A stretch of 64,000 bases of DNA from Candidatus Aminicenantes bacterium (GTDB lineage: Bacteria > Acidobacteriota > Aminicenantia > Aminicenantales > Saccharicenantaceae): NCBI GenBank assembly GCA_963773685.1, contig CAVZBY010000011.1:661532-725531 (forward strand), written 5' to 3'. Made by a program: the position numbers and the translations under genes. Under the pieces are notes generated by a model. The model was not told where the DNA came from. It saw only the letters and a program-made list of their open reading frames with translations, and did not search any database. Below, one piece after another: positions 22,501 through 33,653 of the stretch; the stretch's first letter is position 1, and each line of letters begins with the position of its first letter.

Positions 22501-22529
22501 TTGCCCCGGGCCGGGATATCGCGTATAAT
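22501..22529 (+). promoter_or_regulatory. Sigma70-like promoter TTGCCC-N17-TATAAT
   Basis: ttgccc at 22501-22506 and tataat at 22524-22529, upstream of the GTG start at 22585. SD AAGGAG at 22575-22580. Confidence 0.45.
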
Positions 22530-22584
22530 ATTTCCTACGTTATTGGTAGAGTTTGATGATCGATCGAAACCACAAGGAGCGTCC

Positions 22585-23082
22585 GTGAATAAGAAGCTGA
22601 TCCCGGCCCTCACCTTGGCCCTCATCATCGCCTGCGCCGTCCCTGCCCTGGCCGTCCAGGGGGAGAATGTCCCGGCCCCCGATTTCGCCATCAAGGATCT
22701 GAAGGGAACGGACCTGACCCTGGCCGATTACAAGGGCAAAGTGCTGGTTCTGAACTTCTGGGCGACCTGGTGCGGGCCCTGCCGGGCCGAGATCCCCGAC
22801 TTCATCGAGGCCTACAAGGAGAACAAGACCCGAGGCCTGGAGATGATCGGGATATCCGTGGATCGCATGACAGCCGATAAGCTCCTCGCCTTCGTCGAAA
22901 AGGCGGGCATCAATTATCCCGTCGCCCTGGCCGACCGAACGATCGTCGAGGCCTACGAGCCCGGCGATTATATCCCGGCGACCATCGTCGTCGACAAGAA
23001 GGGCGTCATCCGCTTCCGCCACGTCGGCCAGCTCGAAAAGGCCGACCTGCTCAAGCTGTTCAACGAGCTCGTCGCGGAATAG
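22585..23082 (+). CDS. TlpA/ResA-like thiol:disulfide oxidoreductase (thioredoxin fold), secreted or lipid-anchored
   Basis: GTG start after AAGGAG. VNKKLIPALTLALIIACAVPALA looks like a signal sequence. VLVLNFWATWCGPCRAEIP carries the CxxC motif. Confidence 0.8.
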   Translation: MNKKLIPALTLALIIACAVPALAVQGENVPAPDFAIKDLKGTDLTLADYKGKVLVLNFWATWCGPCRAEIPDFIEAYKENKTRGLEMIGISVDRMTADKLLAFVEKAGINYPVALADRTIVEAYEPGDYIPATIVVDKKGVIRFRHVGQLEKADLLKLFNELVAE

Positions 23083-23103
23083 GCGCGGACGGGACAGGGC
23101 CCC

Positions 23104-24080
23104 TCACCAGCGGTAAACAATAGCTGCCCAGGTGAAGCCGGCGCCGAAGGCGTCCAGGACGATGACGTCCCCCTTCTTGACCTTCCCTTCCCGGGCGAGC
23201 TCCTCCAATCCGAGGGGGATCGTGGCCACGGAGCAGTTGCCGTACTTGTGGATGTTGACGAAGATCTTTTCCTTCGGAAGCTTCAGCCGTTCCCCGGTGG
23301 CGTCGATGATCCGGATGTTGGCCTGATGGGGGATGAGCCAGGCGATCTCCTCTTTGGCGACACCGGCCCGCTTCAGGGCCTCCAAGGCGGCCTCCCCCAT
23401 CCGTTTGACGGCGTGCTTGAAGACCTCGTTCCCCTTCATCTGAAGGAACTGGAGGTTCGCGGCGACCGTCGTCTCGGATGTGGGCAGGCCGAGACCCTCC
23501 GGCGGGTATGGATAGAAGGTCGGCGAGGTTCCCGTCGGCCCCCCAGTAAGGGGAGAGCATCCCGGACGCAGTCCGTGCTCTCTTCGAGCACGAAGGCCCC
23601 GGCGCCGTCGCCGAAGAGGACGCAGGTCGAGCGATCCGCCCAGTTGGTCACCCGGCTCAGCATCTCGGGGGCGACGAGCAGGACGCGCTTCGCGGTCCCG
23701 GACAGGATGAGGCTCTCGGCGACGATCATTCCGTAGAGAGCCCCCGAGCACCCGGCCGAGATGTCCAGAGCCGGGATGGGAGTGCCCTTGAGCCCCCTCT
23801 GGATATGGCAGGCCGTCGAGGGGAAGATCGTATCAGGGGTGTTCGTGGCGACCAGGATCAGGTCGATATCGCCGATCTCGAGCCCGGCGTTGCGCAGGGC
23901 ATTGCCCGCGGCTTCTACGCCCAGGTCCGATGTCGCCTGATCTTCCCGGGCGATCCGGCGCTCGCGGATCCCCGTCCGGCTGACGATCCATTCGTCGGTC
24001 GTTTCGACCATCTTTTCGAGGTCGGCGTTGGTCAGGACCTTGTCGGGGATGGCGACTCCCTGGCCGACGATCTTGATCAT
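23104..24080 (-). CDS. fabH: 3-oxoacyl-ACP synthase III (FabH), frame break(s) near 23540-23570
   Basis: MIKIVGQGVAIPDKVLTNADLEKMVETTDEWIVSRTGIRER...DISAGCSGALYG...LLVAPE..., then ...WLIPHQANIRII...NIHKYGNCSVATIPLGL...FGAGFTWAAIVYRW. Confidence 0.85.
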
Positions 24081-24185
24081 TCTGTCGTTTCGTATTCTTC
24101 CATGCTCTCTCCAGTTGCCGTATATCATAACATAGGGCGTTCCGATTGGAAAAGGGCTCGGGCAGTGATAGAATCCCCCCGGGTC

Positions 24186-25435
24186 ATGAGCAAGCGCGTC
24201 GTTCCGGCAGCGGCCTTCGTCGCCCTGCTTGCCTTTGCCGGCAGGGCCTGGCCCCAGCTCGTCATCGGCCAGTACGAGGATGAAGCGCCCCTCGCGACCT
24301 GGAACGCCCCGGGGATCCTCCTGGCGCCTTCGCTCGCCTGCGGCGGGGCCGGCATCGCCGCGGCCTGGGACGCCGCGGCCGTCCTCGTCAACCCGGCCCT
24401 TGCCTGTTCCCTCCCCCGACTGACGGCGTCGGTGAGCGCCTCCTACCTTTCGGCGTCGCTCATGAGGTACTCGATCCTGAACACCGGCGTCCTTTCGGCT
24501 CCCGGCCCCTTGACCGACAGCTCCTACGGCCTCGATTTCGGAGGGCTGGCGGTCCGATTCGGGAAATGGGCGCTGGCCGCTTCGGCGGACCTCTCGGAAA
24601 ACTACGGCCGGCCGCTTCTCGAATATCGTCTCGAGGATCAGGGCTCCCTTGTCTATTCCCTCCGGGCCGAACAGACCGGATGGCTCAGGAGCTTCAATCT
24701 GGCGGCAGCCAGGACCGTTTCCCGACGGCTCGCCGTCGGGTTGGGCATTCGCATCCTGCGCGGCGAGCTCGAGAGAACGACCGGGGAGAATTTCGCCGCG
24801 GACGGCGTCCTCATCGACGACGGCCGGCGGCAGAAGTTCTCGGGATTCTGCTGGAACCTGGGCCTGACCTATGCGTTCTCCGGGCGCGTCTCGGGAGGCC
24901 TCATCTTCCGTGGCCCCTTCGCCAAGAAGGCCTCGAGCCGGGGGCTTCTGGAATACAGGGTCCCGGCCTCCGGGACGGACATCACGATCTCCGTCGGACG
25001 AAAAGGACCGATATGAACAGCCGTGGGTGCGGGCGCGGGGCTTCCTGGCGCCCGGCGGAGAGCCTCCGCGTCGTCTCCGACGTCCGCTTCACCAAATGGT
25101 CCTCCTACAAGGCCTCCTATTTCGGCGAGCCGAAGGAGCGCGACTTCCGGGATGTCTGGACGGCGGCCGCGGGAATGGAGTACACGGGCTCCTATCGCTT
25201 GTTCGGCCGCAGTGTCCGCTCTCCCCTCCGCATCGGGATCGCCGTCGATCCCCAGCCCATGAAGACGACCAGGTCCTCCTACGTCAGCCTGACGTTCGGG
25301 AGCGGTCTCGCTATCGGGCGCGTCCGCCTCGACGTCGCGGCGGCCCTCGGCCGGGAGCACGGCTCGGGAGAAGGGCTGTCCGCACGCCGCGCCGTGGTGA
25401 CGCTGAGCTATGACGTCGGGAGCGAACGGCCATGA
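24186..25435 (+). CDS. Putative outer-membrane beta-barrel protein (frame break near 25010)
   Basis: MSKRVVPAAAFVALLAFAGRAWPQ looks like a signal peptide, followed by an alternating-strand pattern. The C-terminal piece lies in the frame of ORF 24566..25435. Confidence 0.5.
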
Positions 25436-26693
25436 GAAAGCTGTTCGTCCCGATCCTCTTCGCCTTTTGCGTCTTCCCGGCGCGCGTTTCGGCCCTGCCT
25501 CCCGTACCGGACGAGCCCGTCGAGATCGTGAGCGTGGCCGCGACGGAGGGGAACCTGCGGATCCTGGCCGAAATTCAGGCCGACGTCCTGAAAGCGGCCG
25601 GGAAGGTCTATATCGTGGCGACCGCCGGGGATCTCGGGCGGCTGTCGGCGCGGGGCGTTCCGTTCGCAGTGGAAACGGCCCATTTCGCCCCGGCGCGGCC
25701 CTTCGCGATATCCGCGGCGGGCGGCATCAACGGGGATTTCCATTCCTATCGGGAGCTCGAGGCCGATCTCAAGGCGCTCGAAGCCGACCATCCCGGGACC
25801 ATGAAGCTGTTCACGATAGGCACGAGCCTCGAAGGACGGAACATTTACGCCATGAAGATCAGCGACGCCCCGGAGCGGGACGAGAACAAGCCCGGAGTTC
25901 TCTTCCTCGGTTGCCATCACGCCCGCGAATGGATCTCGGTCGAGGTGCCCCTTCTCCTGGCCCGGTATCTGGCCGAGAACGCCGTATCGGACCGGGCCGT
26001 CGCGGACCTCGTCGCCCGCAGTGAGGTTTGGATCGTCCCTCTGGTCAATCCGGACGGCCTCGAATACTCCATCGATGTCTATCGTTATTGGCGGAAGAAC
26101 CGCCGGGCCAACGCGGACGGAAGCTTCGGCATCGACCTCAACCGGAACTACGGATACAAGTGGGGCGTCGACGACATCGGGTCGAGCCCGTCGCCCCTGT
26201 CGGAGGCCTTCCGGGGACCTTCGGCCTTTTCCGAGCCCGAGACCCGGGCCGTGCGGGACCTGTTCCTGCGCCGGGACTTCCGGGCCGTCGTCTCCTACCA
26301 CAGCTTTTCCCAGTCCATCCTCTATCCATGGGGCTACGCCGACGCCCCCACCGACAGGGACGGCCTGCTCCGGGAGATCGGGCTGGAAATGGCTGGGCTC
26401 ATCGAGGCCGTCAACGGGCGCGCCTATGCCTGCGGGCGCTCGGCGGCATCGCTCTATCTGACGAACGGGGATACGACGGATTGGACGTTCGCCGCGTCCG
26501 GCGTCCCCTCGTACACCATCGAGCTTCCCCCATCGACATCGAGCACGGCGGATTCTTCAACGCCGAGAGGGAGATCGACTCCATCTTCCGCGAGAACCTC
26601 CCCGCCATGCTTTCCCTGGCCCGGCGGGCGGCCGGTCAGGCGGGAAAGACCGGGATCGCCCGCGGGAAGAAGGCGCCCGGACCGTTCCGTTGA
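25432..26693 (+). CDS. M14-family zinc carboxypeptidase, secreted (frame break near 26530)
   Basis: Signal peptide, then ...FHSYRELEADL...GTSLEGRNIYAMKISD...VLFLGCHHAREWIS...PLVNPDGLEYS...WRKNRR...GIDLNRNY...SYHSFSQSILYPWGY...TDWTF. The tail lies in the frame of ORF 26028..26693. Confidence 0.85.
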
Positions 26694-26717
26694 CAAAGCC
26701 GGATCAAAAATATAAAT
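26689..26717 (+). promoter_or_regulatory. Sigma70-like promoter TTGACA-N15-TATAAA / N17-TAAATA
   Basis: ttgaca at 26689-26694 overlaps the M14 stop codon. tataaataa follows at 26710-26718. The downstream ATG is at 26745. Confidence 0.45.
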
Positions 26718-26744
26718 AAGAGGGACCGCGCGTCGCGGACGACG

Positions 26745-27622
26745 ATGCTCAAGACGAACGCCTTGCTCAGGAGCATCGGGGCCGTCACCGATCCCGCAAG
26801 GGAGGGGCTTCCCTACTGGGCCTTCTGGCTTCTCCTATGCATCATCATCCTCCTCCTTTTCTTCATCTTCCTCAGGGATAAGGACCTGCGGCCGGCGGCT
26901 TAGCGCGTTCCTATCGGGGGCCAAGCGCAAGATGATCCGCATGCGGCTGGCGGCCAGGATCCGGCGCGAGAAGGAGAAGAAGGCGGGTCTCTGGAAGGAG
27001 CTCGGCCGGAAGGCGTGGTGCGAGGACGTCCGGATCGAAGGCACCGAGGAGACCTTCCGGAGTCTCACCGCCCTGGAAGAGGAAATGAACCGGCGCCAGG
27101 CGGAATGGCAGGAGGCCTACGGAAAGCTCGATACCCTTGAAACGGCCCGCGAAAAGGCCCGGAAGCTCAGGCGGAATTCGGGGCCGAAGAGGGGGCGCTC
27201 CGGGCGGCGGAGGAGGAAGGCGGAACTCCTGGGGCGCGGGAAGAAGCGCCCGGCCGGGTGTCGGGCCGGCCGGGGCGGACGCCCCGGACGAGGAGGACGC
27301 CGCGCGGCTCGCCGCCGATATCGCGGCCGTCGGGGCCGAGATCGGACGCCTCCAGGAGAAGGCCCGGGAAACGCATCGTCTCCATGAGGAAGCGGACCGG
27401 GCCGAGGAGCGGGAGATCCGGGAGTGGATGAAGAAAAAGGAAGAGGCCCAGGACCGGATCATCGACGTGAAGAAAGGCTCCGAGCCCCTCTACGAAAGCC
27501 TGGGCCGGGCCTTCGACGAGGCCCGCGTCGAGCACAAGGAGCTGGCCCTCGTCTATTTCCAGATCGACAGCGTCGACCGCGCCATTAGGGACCTTCAGGC
27601 CCGGATCGAAAAGCTCAGCTGA
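26745..27622 (+). CDS. Hypothetical membrane-anchored coiled-coil protein (two or more frame breaks)
   Basis: MLKTNALLRSIG...YWAFWLLLCIIILLLFFIFL gives a TM anchor. Charged heptad-like segments follow: ...LTALEEEMNRRQAEWQEAYGKLDTLETAREKA... and ...IGRLQEKARETHRLHEEADRAEEREIREWMKKKEEAQ...IRDLQARIEKLS. Confidence 0.5.
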
Positions 27623-27639
27623 GCGCAGGGCGCCGGGCC

Positions 27640-27668
27640 TTTACCGCTCCGGCACATCCGTCTAGAAT
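27640..27668 (+). promoter_or_regulatory. Promoter-like TTTACC-N17-TAGAAT placed 6 nt from the queH ATG (possible leaderless mRNA)
   Basis: tttacc at 27640-27645, tagaat at 27663-27668 and ATG at 27675. No SD sequence lies between them. Confidence 0.4.
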
Positions 27669-27674
27669 AGTTCT

Positions 27675-28241
27675 ATGCCCAAGCCGAGGATCCTGGTGCA
27701 CGTCTGTTGCGCTCCCGACGCCTTGTACGTCGCCGGCCTCCTCGGCGAAACGTACGAGGTCACGGGCTTCTTCTACGATCCCAACATCCATCCCCGGGCG
27801 GAATACGACCTGAGGCTCGCGGAGACGCGGAAGGTCGCCGGGCTGCTCGGCATGGAGCTCATCGAAGGCCCCTACGACGCGGACCGCTGGATGATGCTGA
27901 CGCGGAAGTTCAAAGACGAACCGGAGAAGGGTCGACGCTGCGACGTCTGTTACGCCATGCGCCTCGGAAAGACGGCGGAAACGGCCCGCGAACGGGGGTT
28001 CGGCCTGTTCACGACGGTCATGAGCCTCAGCCCGTGGAAGAAGGCCGGGACGATGAACAGGATCGGAAAGCTCTTTGCCCGAAGGCACGGGATCGGCTTC
28101 CTGGAAGCCGACTTCAAGAAGAAGGACGGCTTCCGAAAGAGCGTGGCCCTGAGCAAGGAAGCCGGCCTTTACAGGCAGGATTATTGCGGGTGTGTGTACA
28201 GCGGGCAGGCCCGCCGTTCGAGGTCAGCGGTTGAGCGCTGA
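27675..28241 (+). CDS. queH: Epoxyqueuosine reductase QueH (DUF208)
   Basis: ILVHVCCAPDALY...FFYDPNIHP...RCDVCYAMRL...FTTVMSLSPWK...YRQDYCGCVYS. Confidence 0.85.
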   Translation: MPKPRILVHVCCAPDALYVAGLLGETYEVTGFFYDPNIHPRAEYDLRLAETRKVAGLLGMELIEGPYDADRWMMLTRKFKDEPEKGRRCDVCYAMRLGKTAETARERGFGLFTTVMSLSPWKKAGTMNRIGKLFARRHGIGFLEADFKKKDGFRKSVALSKEAGLYRQDYCGCVYSGQARRSRSAVER

Positions 28242-28266
28242 GGGGCACGGGAAGGGGCCCCGCGCC

Positions 28267-30537
28267 GTGACGGGGCGGGCCGTCGCGCTCACTGTCTTCG
28301 GCGTCGTTCAGGGAGTCGGCTTCCGGCCTTTCGTTTACCGACTGGCCCGGGAGCTCGGGCTTTCGGGCTGGGTCAAGAACGCCGGGAAGGGCGTCGAGAT
28401 CCTCCTCGAGGCGCCCGGGCCCGCGGGGATCGACCGGTTCGTCGAGGCCCTGGAAGAACGGAAGCCGCCCCTGGCCCGGATCGAGAGGGTCGACCGGCGG
28501 CCCGCCCGGCCCCGGCCTCAACGGCTTCGAGATCCGGAAGACCCGCCGAGCGGCCGGATTCGTCTTCATCTCCCCCGATATCGCCGTCTGCGACGATTGC
28601 CTCAAAGAGATCCGCACGCCGGGAGAGCGCCGTTATCGCTACGCCTTCACCAACTGCACGAACTGCGGCCCCCGCTACACCATCGTCCGCGACCTCCCCT
28701 ATGACCGGAAGACCACGACCATGGCGGGCTTCCCCATGTGCCCCGATTGCGCCCGGGAGTACGGGGATCCCCTGGACCGGAGATACCACGCCCAGCCCAT
28801 CGCCTGCCCCGTCTGCGGCCCCCGCCTGAGCCTCATCGATCCGAGGACGGGCCGGACGCTCGCCGGGAGTATCGCCGAAGCCGCGGCCCTCATCCGGAAG
28901 GGCCGGATCCTGGCCGTCAAGGGGATCGGCGGGTTCCACCTGGTCTGCGATCCGTTGAATGCGGGGCCGTCCGGCGCCTGAGGCGCATCAAGGAACGGCG
29001 GACGAAGCCGCTGGCCCTCATGGCGGCGGACCTCGCGACGATCCGAAGGTACGCCCGCGTGTCGGCGGCCGAAGCCGGGCTCCTGCGTTCGGCCCGGAGG
29101 CCCATCGTCCTCCTCGGAAAAGAGGAAGGATATCCCCGGCATCGCTCCCGGCCTCGGCGAGATCGGATTCATGCTCCCCTATTCGCCCCTCCACGAGCTT
29201 CTCCTCGAGCGCATCCCGCTCATCGTGGCCACGAGCTCGAACGCCAAGGACGCCCCCATCATGAAATCCGAGGAAGAGGGCATCGGCGCCCTGTGCGACT
29301 TCGTCCTGACCCACGACCGTCCGATCGAGATGAGGTCGGACGACTCGGTCGTCAAGGCGGCGGGCCGGAAGCCTCTCTTCGTCCGGCGGGCCAGGGGATA
29401 TGTTCCCTATCCTCAGCCGGTCCCGGAAGGGCTCCGGACGGGGACGGTCATCGCGGCGCTCGGCGGCGAGTTGAAGGACACGATCTCCCTGTACAAGGAC
29501 GGCTACGTCATCACGAGCCAGTTCCTGGGCGACCTGGACGATTACCGGAACTTCGGCTATTTCAAGGAGACCCTCGCCCATCTCGAACGGCTCTTCGGAG
29601 CCAGGCCCAAGGTCCTCGTCACCGACCTCCACCCGGACTTCCGGACGACGCGGTTCGCCGAGCGGTCCGGTCTCCCGCATGTCCGGGTCCAGCATCACCA
29701 CGCCCACGTGCTCGCTCCTCTCCTGGAACACGGCGTTCCGCCGGGCACGAAGGTCCCTGGGCGTCGCCCTGGACGGCTACGGGTACGGGGAGGACGGGAG
29801 AGCCTGGGGAGGCGAGTTCCTCATTGCGGATTACGCGACGTTCCTGAGGCTGGCGCATTTCGAGGAGGTCCCGCTTCCCGGAGGGGACCTGGCGTCGCGT
29901 CAGCCCTGGAGGATGGCCCTATCCTACCTGAGGGCGGCGTTCGGCAAGGATATCCCTCCCGTCAGGGCCCTGAAGGCCGTCGGACCCGGGAAGGTCAAGG
30001 CCGTGCTGGCGATGATGGCGAGCGGGGCGGCGAGCCCCCCCGCCTCGAGCTGCGGCCGTCTTTTCGACGCCGTCTCGTTCCTGTGCGGACTCGCGCCGCT
30101 GGAGATGGAGTACGAGGCGGAGGCGGCCATGCGCCTCGAAGACGCGGCCGAACGCCGGACGACCGCGCACTATCCTTTTTCCGTTTCCGGCGACGGGGCG
30201 CCCTTCCGCGTCTCCTTCGCCCCCGCCGTCCGGGAGATCGTCGCCGAGCTCGGACGCGGGACTCCCGTGTCGCGCATTTCGGCGAAGTTCCATGAGACGC
30301 TGGGCCGCGTCATCCTCGACATCGCCAGGCGCGCCCGGAACGAATACGGGATCGAGATCGTTTCCCTCGCGGGCGGATGTTTCCTGAACAGGAGACTTCT
30401 TCTCGTCGCCGGAGCGCCTTCTCGAAGGGGCCGGCTTCCGGGTCCTCCGCTCCGAGGCCTATTCGCCGAACGACGAATCGGTCTCCGTGGGGCAGATCGC
30501 TTTCGCCCTGGCCCGGGCGCGCCGCCGGAAGCCTTAA
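28267..30537 (+). CDS. hypF: Carbamoyltransferase HypF ([NiFe]-hydrogenase maturation), about five frame breaks
   Basis: Acylphosphatase domain VFGVVQGVGFRPFVYRLARELGLSGWVKN. Zn fingers CDDCLKEI...CTNCGPRY and CPDCAREY...CPVCGPRL. YrdC-like AVKGIGGFHLVCD. PLALMAADL. LPYSPLHELL. Kae1-like VQHHHAHV...GVALDGYGYGEDG.AWGGEF. GTG start assumed. Confidence 0.8.
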
Positions 30538-31307
30538 TCCCGGGCCTCGGGCCCCTTCCCCGCCGGCCTTGTCATCCGCATCCTCAGCCCGCCCGTGAAG
30601 GAAAGGATCGCGTTGGCGAGGAGGGCGATGAGAAAGCCGGCCGCGCCGAAGAGCGCGAACCCGGCGATCCCGCCGAGACCGGCGAAGACCACTCCTCCGA
30701 CGATCTGGCCCTGCATATCCTTGAGGAAGGAAGGGAGAAGATCGAGGATCCCGGGGACAAAGGACGTGGCCCCCGCCAACAGCCCAGACAGGATCCCGGC
30801 GACGAGCCCCATGCCTCCCCAGAACAGAAGACAGGAGGGAGGATGGATGGACCGGACGACCAAGTCCTCCCCGGCCGGAGACGGAGATCGAACGGCGTGC
30901 TCATGACCGCCCGGCTCCGGGACTTCCGGGGCGGAACAGGAAGGGCAGACCCCGGTTTCCGGGTCGAGGGGCGAGCCGCAGGCAGGACATCCGCCCTCGT
31001 CCTCGGCCCCGACGCGGCCGCCGCATCCGGCACAGACCGCCGATTCGATGTCGTTCTCGTAACCGCAATAGATGCAGATGGCCTTTTTCTCGCCGAGGGA
31101 GGGAGGGGAGCTTTGGATCCAACCTGTCCCGTCGTAGTAGTACCATTTCCCGGTCTGCGTCCCGATCATCCAGAACCGGCCCTCGTCGTCCTTGAAGCGC
31201 AAATGCTTGAGACCCTCGACATATTCGCGCCGGGAGATCTCTCCGTTATGGAACCGGCGGGTCATCAGCTCGAAATCGGCCTTCACATCCTTGAACTTAT
31301 CGTCCAT
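30534..31307 (-). CDS. Hypothetical zinc-ribbon membrane protein
   Basis: Intact 257 aa. N-terminus has ...RFWMIGTQTGKWYYYDGTGW, then Cys pairs CIYCGY...CAGCGG and CPACGS...CPSCS, and a Gly-rich C-terminus of 3-4 TM helices. Confidence 0.65.
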   Translation of the reverse strand: MDDKFKDVKADFELMTRRFHNGEISRREYVEGLKHLRFKDDEGRFWMIGTQTGKWYYYDGTGWIQSSPPSLGEKKAICIYCGYENDIESAVCAGCGGRVGAEDEGGCPACGSPLDPETGVCPSCSAPEVPEPGGHEHAVRSPSPAGEDLVVRSIHPPSCLLFWGGMGLVAGILSGLLAGATSFVPGILDLLPSFLKDMQGQIVGGVVFAGLGGIAGFALFGAAGFLIALLANAILSFTGGLRMRMTRPAGKGPEARD

Positions 31308-31510
31308 CTTTCCCCCCCGGCCCGGACCCGTCGCGCGTGAAATGCATTTCGTTTGTTTTCAATGACATATTATTTATACTATAATCAACGCTTTAGGCGC
31401 CCTGACGAATTCTTGTGCAAACCGCCGTATCTTCAAGGATTCGTTGGCTTTTTTGGCCGGCGACCCCGTAGATATCCACAATATTTCCACATTTCCTGTG
31501 AATAAATACT

Positions 31511-32464
31511 TCACAGTCCGAACTGTTTCAAGAGGTCAAAGAGATCGAACCCGAGGACAGGCGCCGGGATGAACGAGACGACGAAGATGACGACGATGAG
31601 GGCGCCGACCGCTTTCCTTCCCCGGGACAGAGGGACGTCCTCGTCGACGACCCGCGGGTGCTTCAAGCCGAGGAGAAGGATGAGAAGGGCCCAGACGAAC
31701 CAGCCCACCCAGAAGAAGACGCCCATGACAACGAAAGCGATCAAAAAGACCTTGGCCACGGTCGAGGCCTTTCTCCCGACCATCGCAAAAAAGATGTGCC
31801 CGCCGTCGAGCTGGCCCATGGGGAAGAGATTGAAGGCCGTGACCAGGATGCCGACCCAGCCCGCAAAGGCCACAGGATGCGGGAGGATGACCTGCCCCGC
31901 CGGGATGTCCGCGAACAGGAGGCCCGCGATGAACCTGATCAGGAGGGGCTCCCCGAAGACGAGCGCCCCCTCGCCGTGGGGAGCCGGGCCTATCTTGGAC
32001 ATGGAGAGCCCGACAACGAGGGCCGGGAGGGCGAGGACGAAGCTCGTGAGCGGCCCGGCCGCCCCGATGTCGAACAGCTGGCGCCGGCGAGTGATGGGCG
32101 ACTTGATCTTGATGAACGCCCCGAGCGTTCCGATGAGGGTCGGGGCCGGGACGAAATAGGGCAGAGTGGCGTCGATCCGATAGCGACGGCAGGCCAGGTA
32201 ATGTCCGAGCTCGTGCCCTAAGAGGATGACGAGAAGGACCGCGGAGTAGAGGACGCTCAGGGTGACGATTTCGCGGTCACCGAAGACCGCGGTCCGGAAA
32301 TCGAACGGAAAATCCTGTTCGATCGCATTCCCGTATTTGAAGCTCAGGCTCCAGCTCAAGCCGACGAAGAACGTCGAGGCGATGGTCAGGATGAACAGGA
32401 GGATATTGAGCCAGGGACCGGCCTTCGTCCGGATCCTTTCCATGGCCCCCATGGAAAAGGCCAT
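31511..32464 (-). CDS. Site-2 protease family (M50) metalloprotease
   Basis: Polytopic protein with the LLGHELGHYLACRRY (HExxH) motif. Confidence 0.8.
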   Translation of the reverse strand: MAFSMGAMERIRTKAGPWLNILLFILTIASTFFVGLSWSLSFKYGNAIEQDFPFDFRTAVFGDREIVTLSVLYSAVLLVILLGHELGHYLACRRYRIDATLPYFVPAPTLIGTLGAFIKIKSPITRRRQLFDIGAAGPLTSFVLALPALVVGLSMSKIGPAPHGEGALVFGEPLLIRFIAGLLFADIPAGQVILPHPVAFAGWVGILVTAFNLFPMGQLDGGHIFFAMVGRKASTVAKVFLIAFVVMGVFFWVGWFVWALLILLLGLKHPRVVDEDVPLSRGRKAVGALIVVIFVVSFIPAPVLGFDLFDLLKQFGL

Positions 32465-32480
32465 CCGCGGGGGGCCCGGG

Positions 32481-32744
<264 letters not shown>

Positions 32745-32791
32745 TTACGGGTCCATTATATCGCAATCGCCCGGGTTTTCAAGGGAACGCC

Positions 32792-33448
32792 TTACTTGGC
32801 GCTCCCGAGCCGGCCGACCTTGAGGGAAGCCTCATAGCCGTAATAGGTCTGACTGTATTCCTCCTGGAGCTTCTTGTAGACGGCCAGCGCTCCGGGGGCG
32901 TCGCCCTTGAGCTCCAGGGCCTCGGCCTTGTGGAACAGGACCGCGTCGAGAGGATAGGAAGCCGGCTTCTCTTTCTCGATCCTCGCGTAGATCTCCAGGG
33001 CCCGCCCGAAATCCTTCTTCCGGACGAGGATCCGGGCGAGGAGGTCCTGGGCCTCATAGGCGATGAAATCCCGGCGCGACGCCTTGACGGCCGCGGCGTT
33101 CTTCTCCGCCTTGTCCAGGTCTCCCTTCTCGAGCCAATAGGTGGCGAGGGCGATATAGGCGACCCGGGAGTACTTGCCCGAGCCGGCCAGCTTCTCGAGC
33201 CGGGGCAGGTTCTCGGGCTTCTTGTCGAGGTCGGCGCGAAGGGCGCCGATCTCGCCGACGACCCGGCTCTCGGCCAATAGCCCCCGATTCCTGAGGAACG
33301 TGATGCCCAGGAAGACCAGGGCCAGGAGGACGAGGACTCCCAGACCGATGAGCAGCTCACGCTTCCACGTCTTGGCGAGCTCGAGGAATTTGTTCATTCC
33401 CGAAACGAAGCCGTCCTGCTGGAGCTGATGACGTTCCACTCTTTTCAT
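32792..33448 (-). CDS. Membrane-anchored TPR-like protein (YfgM-like)
   Basis: N-terminal TM (LLIGLGVLVLLALVFLGITFL) followed by TPR-like helices. Confidence 0.6.
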   Translation of the reverse strand: MKRVERHQLQQDGFVSGMNKFLELAKTWKRELLIGLGVLVLLALVFLGITFLRNRGLLAESRVVGEIGALRADLDKKPENLPRLEKLAGSGKYSRVAYIALATYWLEKGDLDKAEKNAAAVKASRRDFIAYEAQDLLARILVRKKDFGRALEIYARIEKEKPASYPLDAVLFHKAEALELKGDAPGALAVYKKLQEEYSQTYYGYEASLKVGRLGSAK

Positions 33449-33653
33449 AAGGGTCTCCTCGCACCTGTTCCGTAGCCTTCTCTTTTAGCACATCCGGGCC
33501 CAAAAGCCAAGGTTCAATACGTGTCCCCAGGCGTCCGGGCCTTCAATCGGCCAGCGAGAACGTCCCCATCGTCTGCGGAGTCCGGAAGGGGGCGCGACCA
33601 GGCGGATCCGTCCGATGGAGGGAACCTTTAACGGGCGGAATCCGTAACTACGG

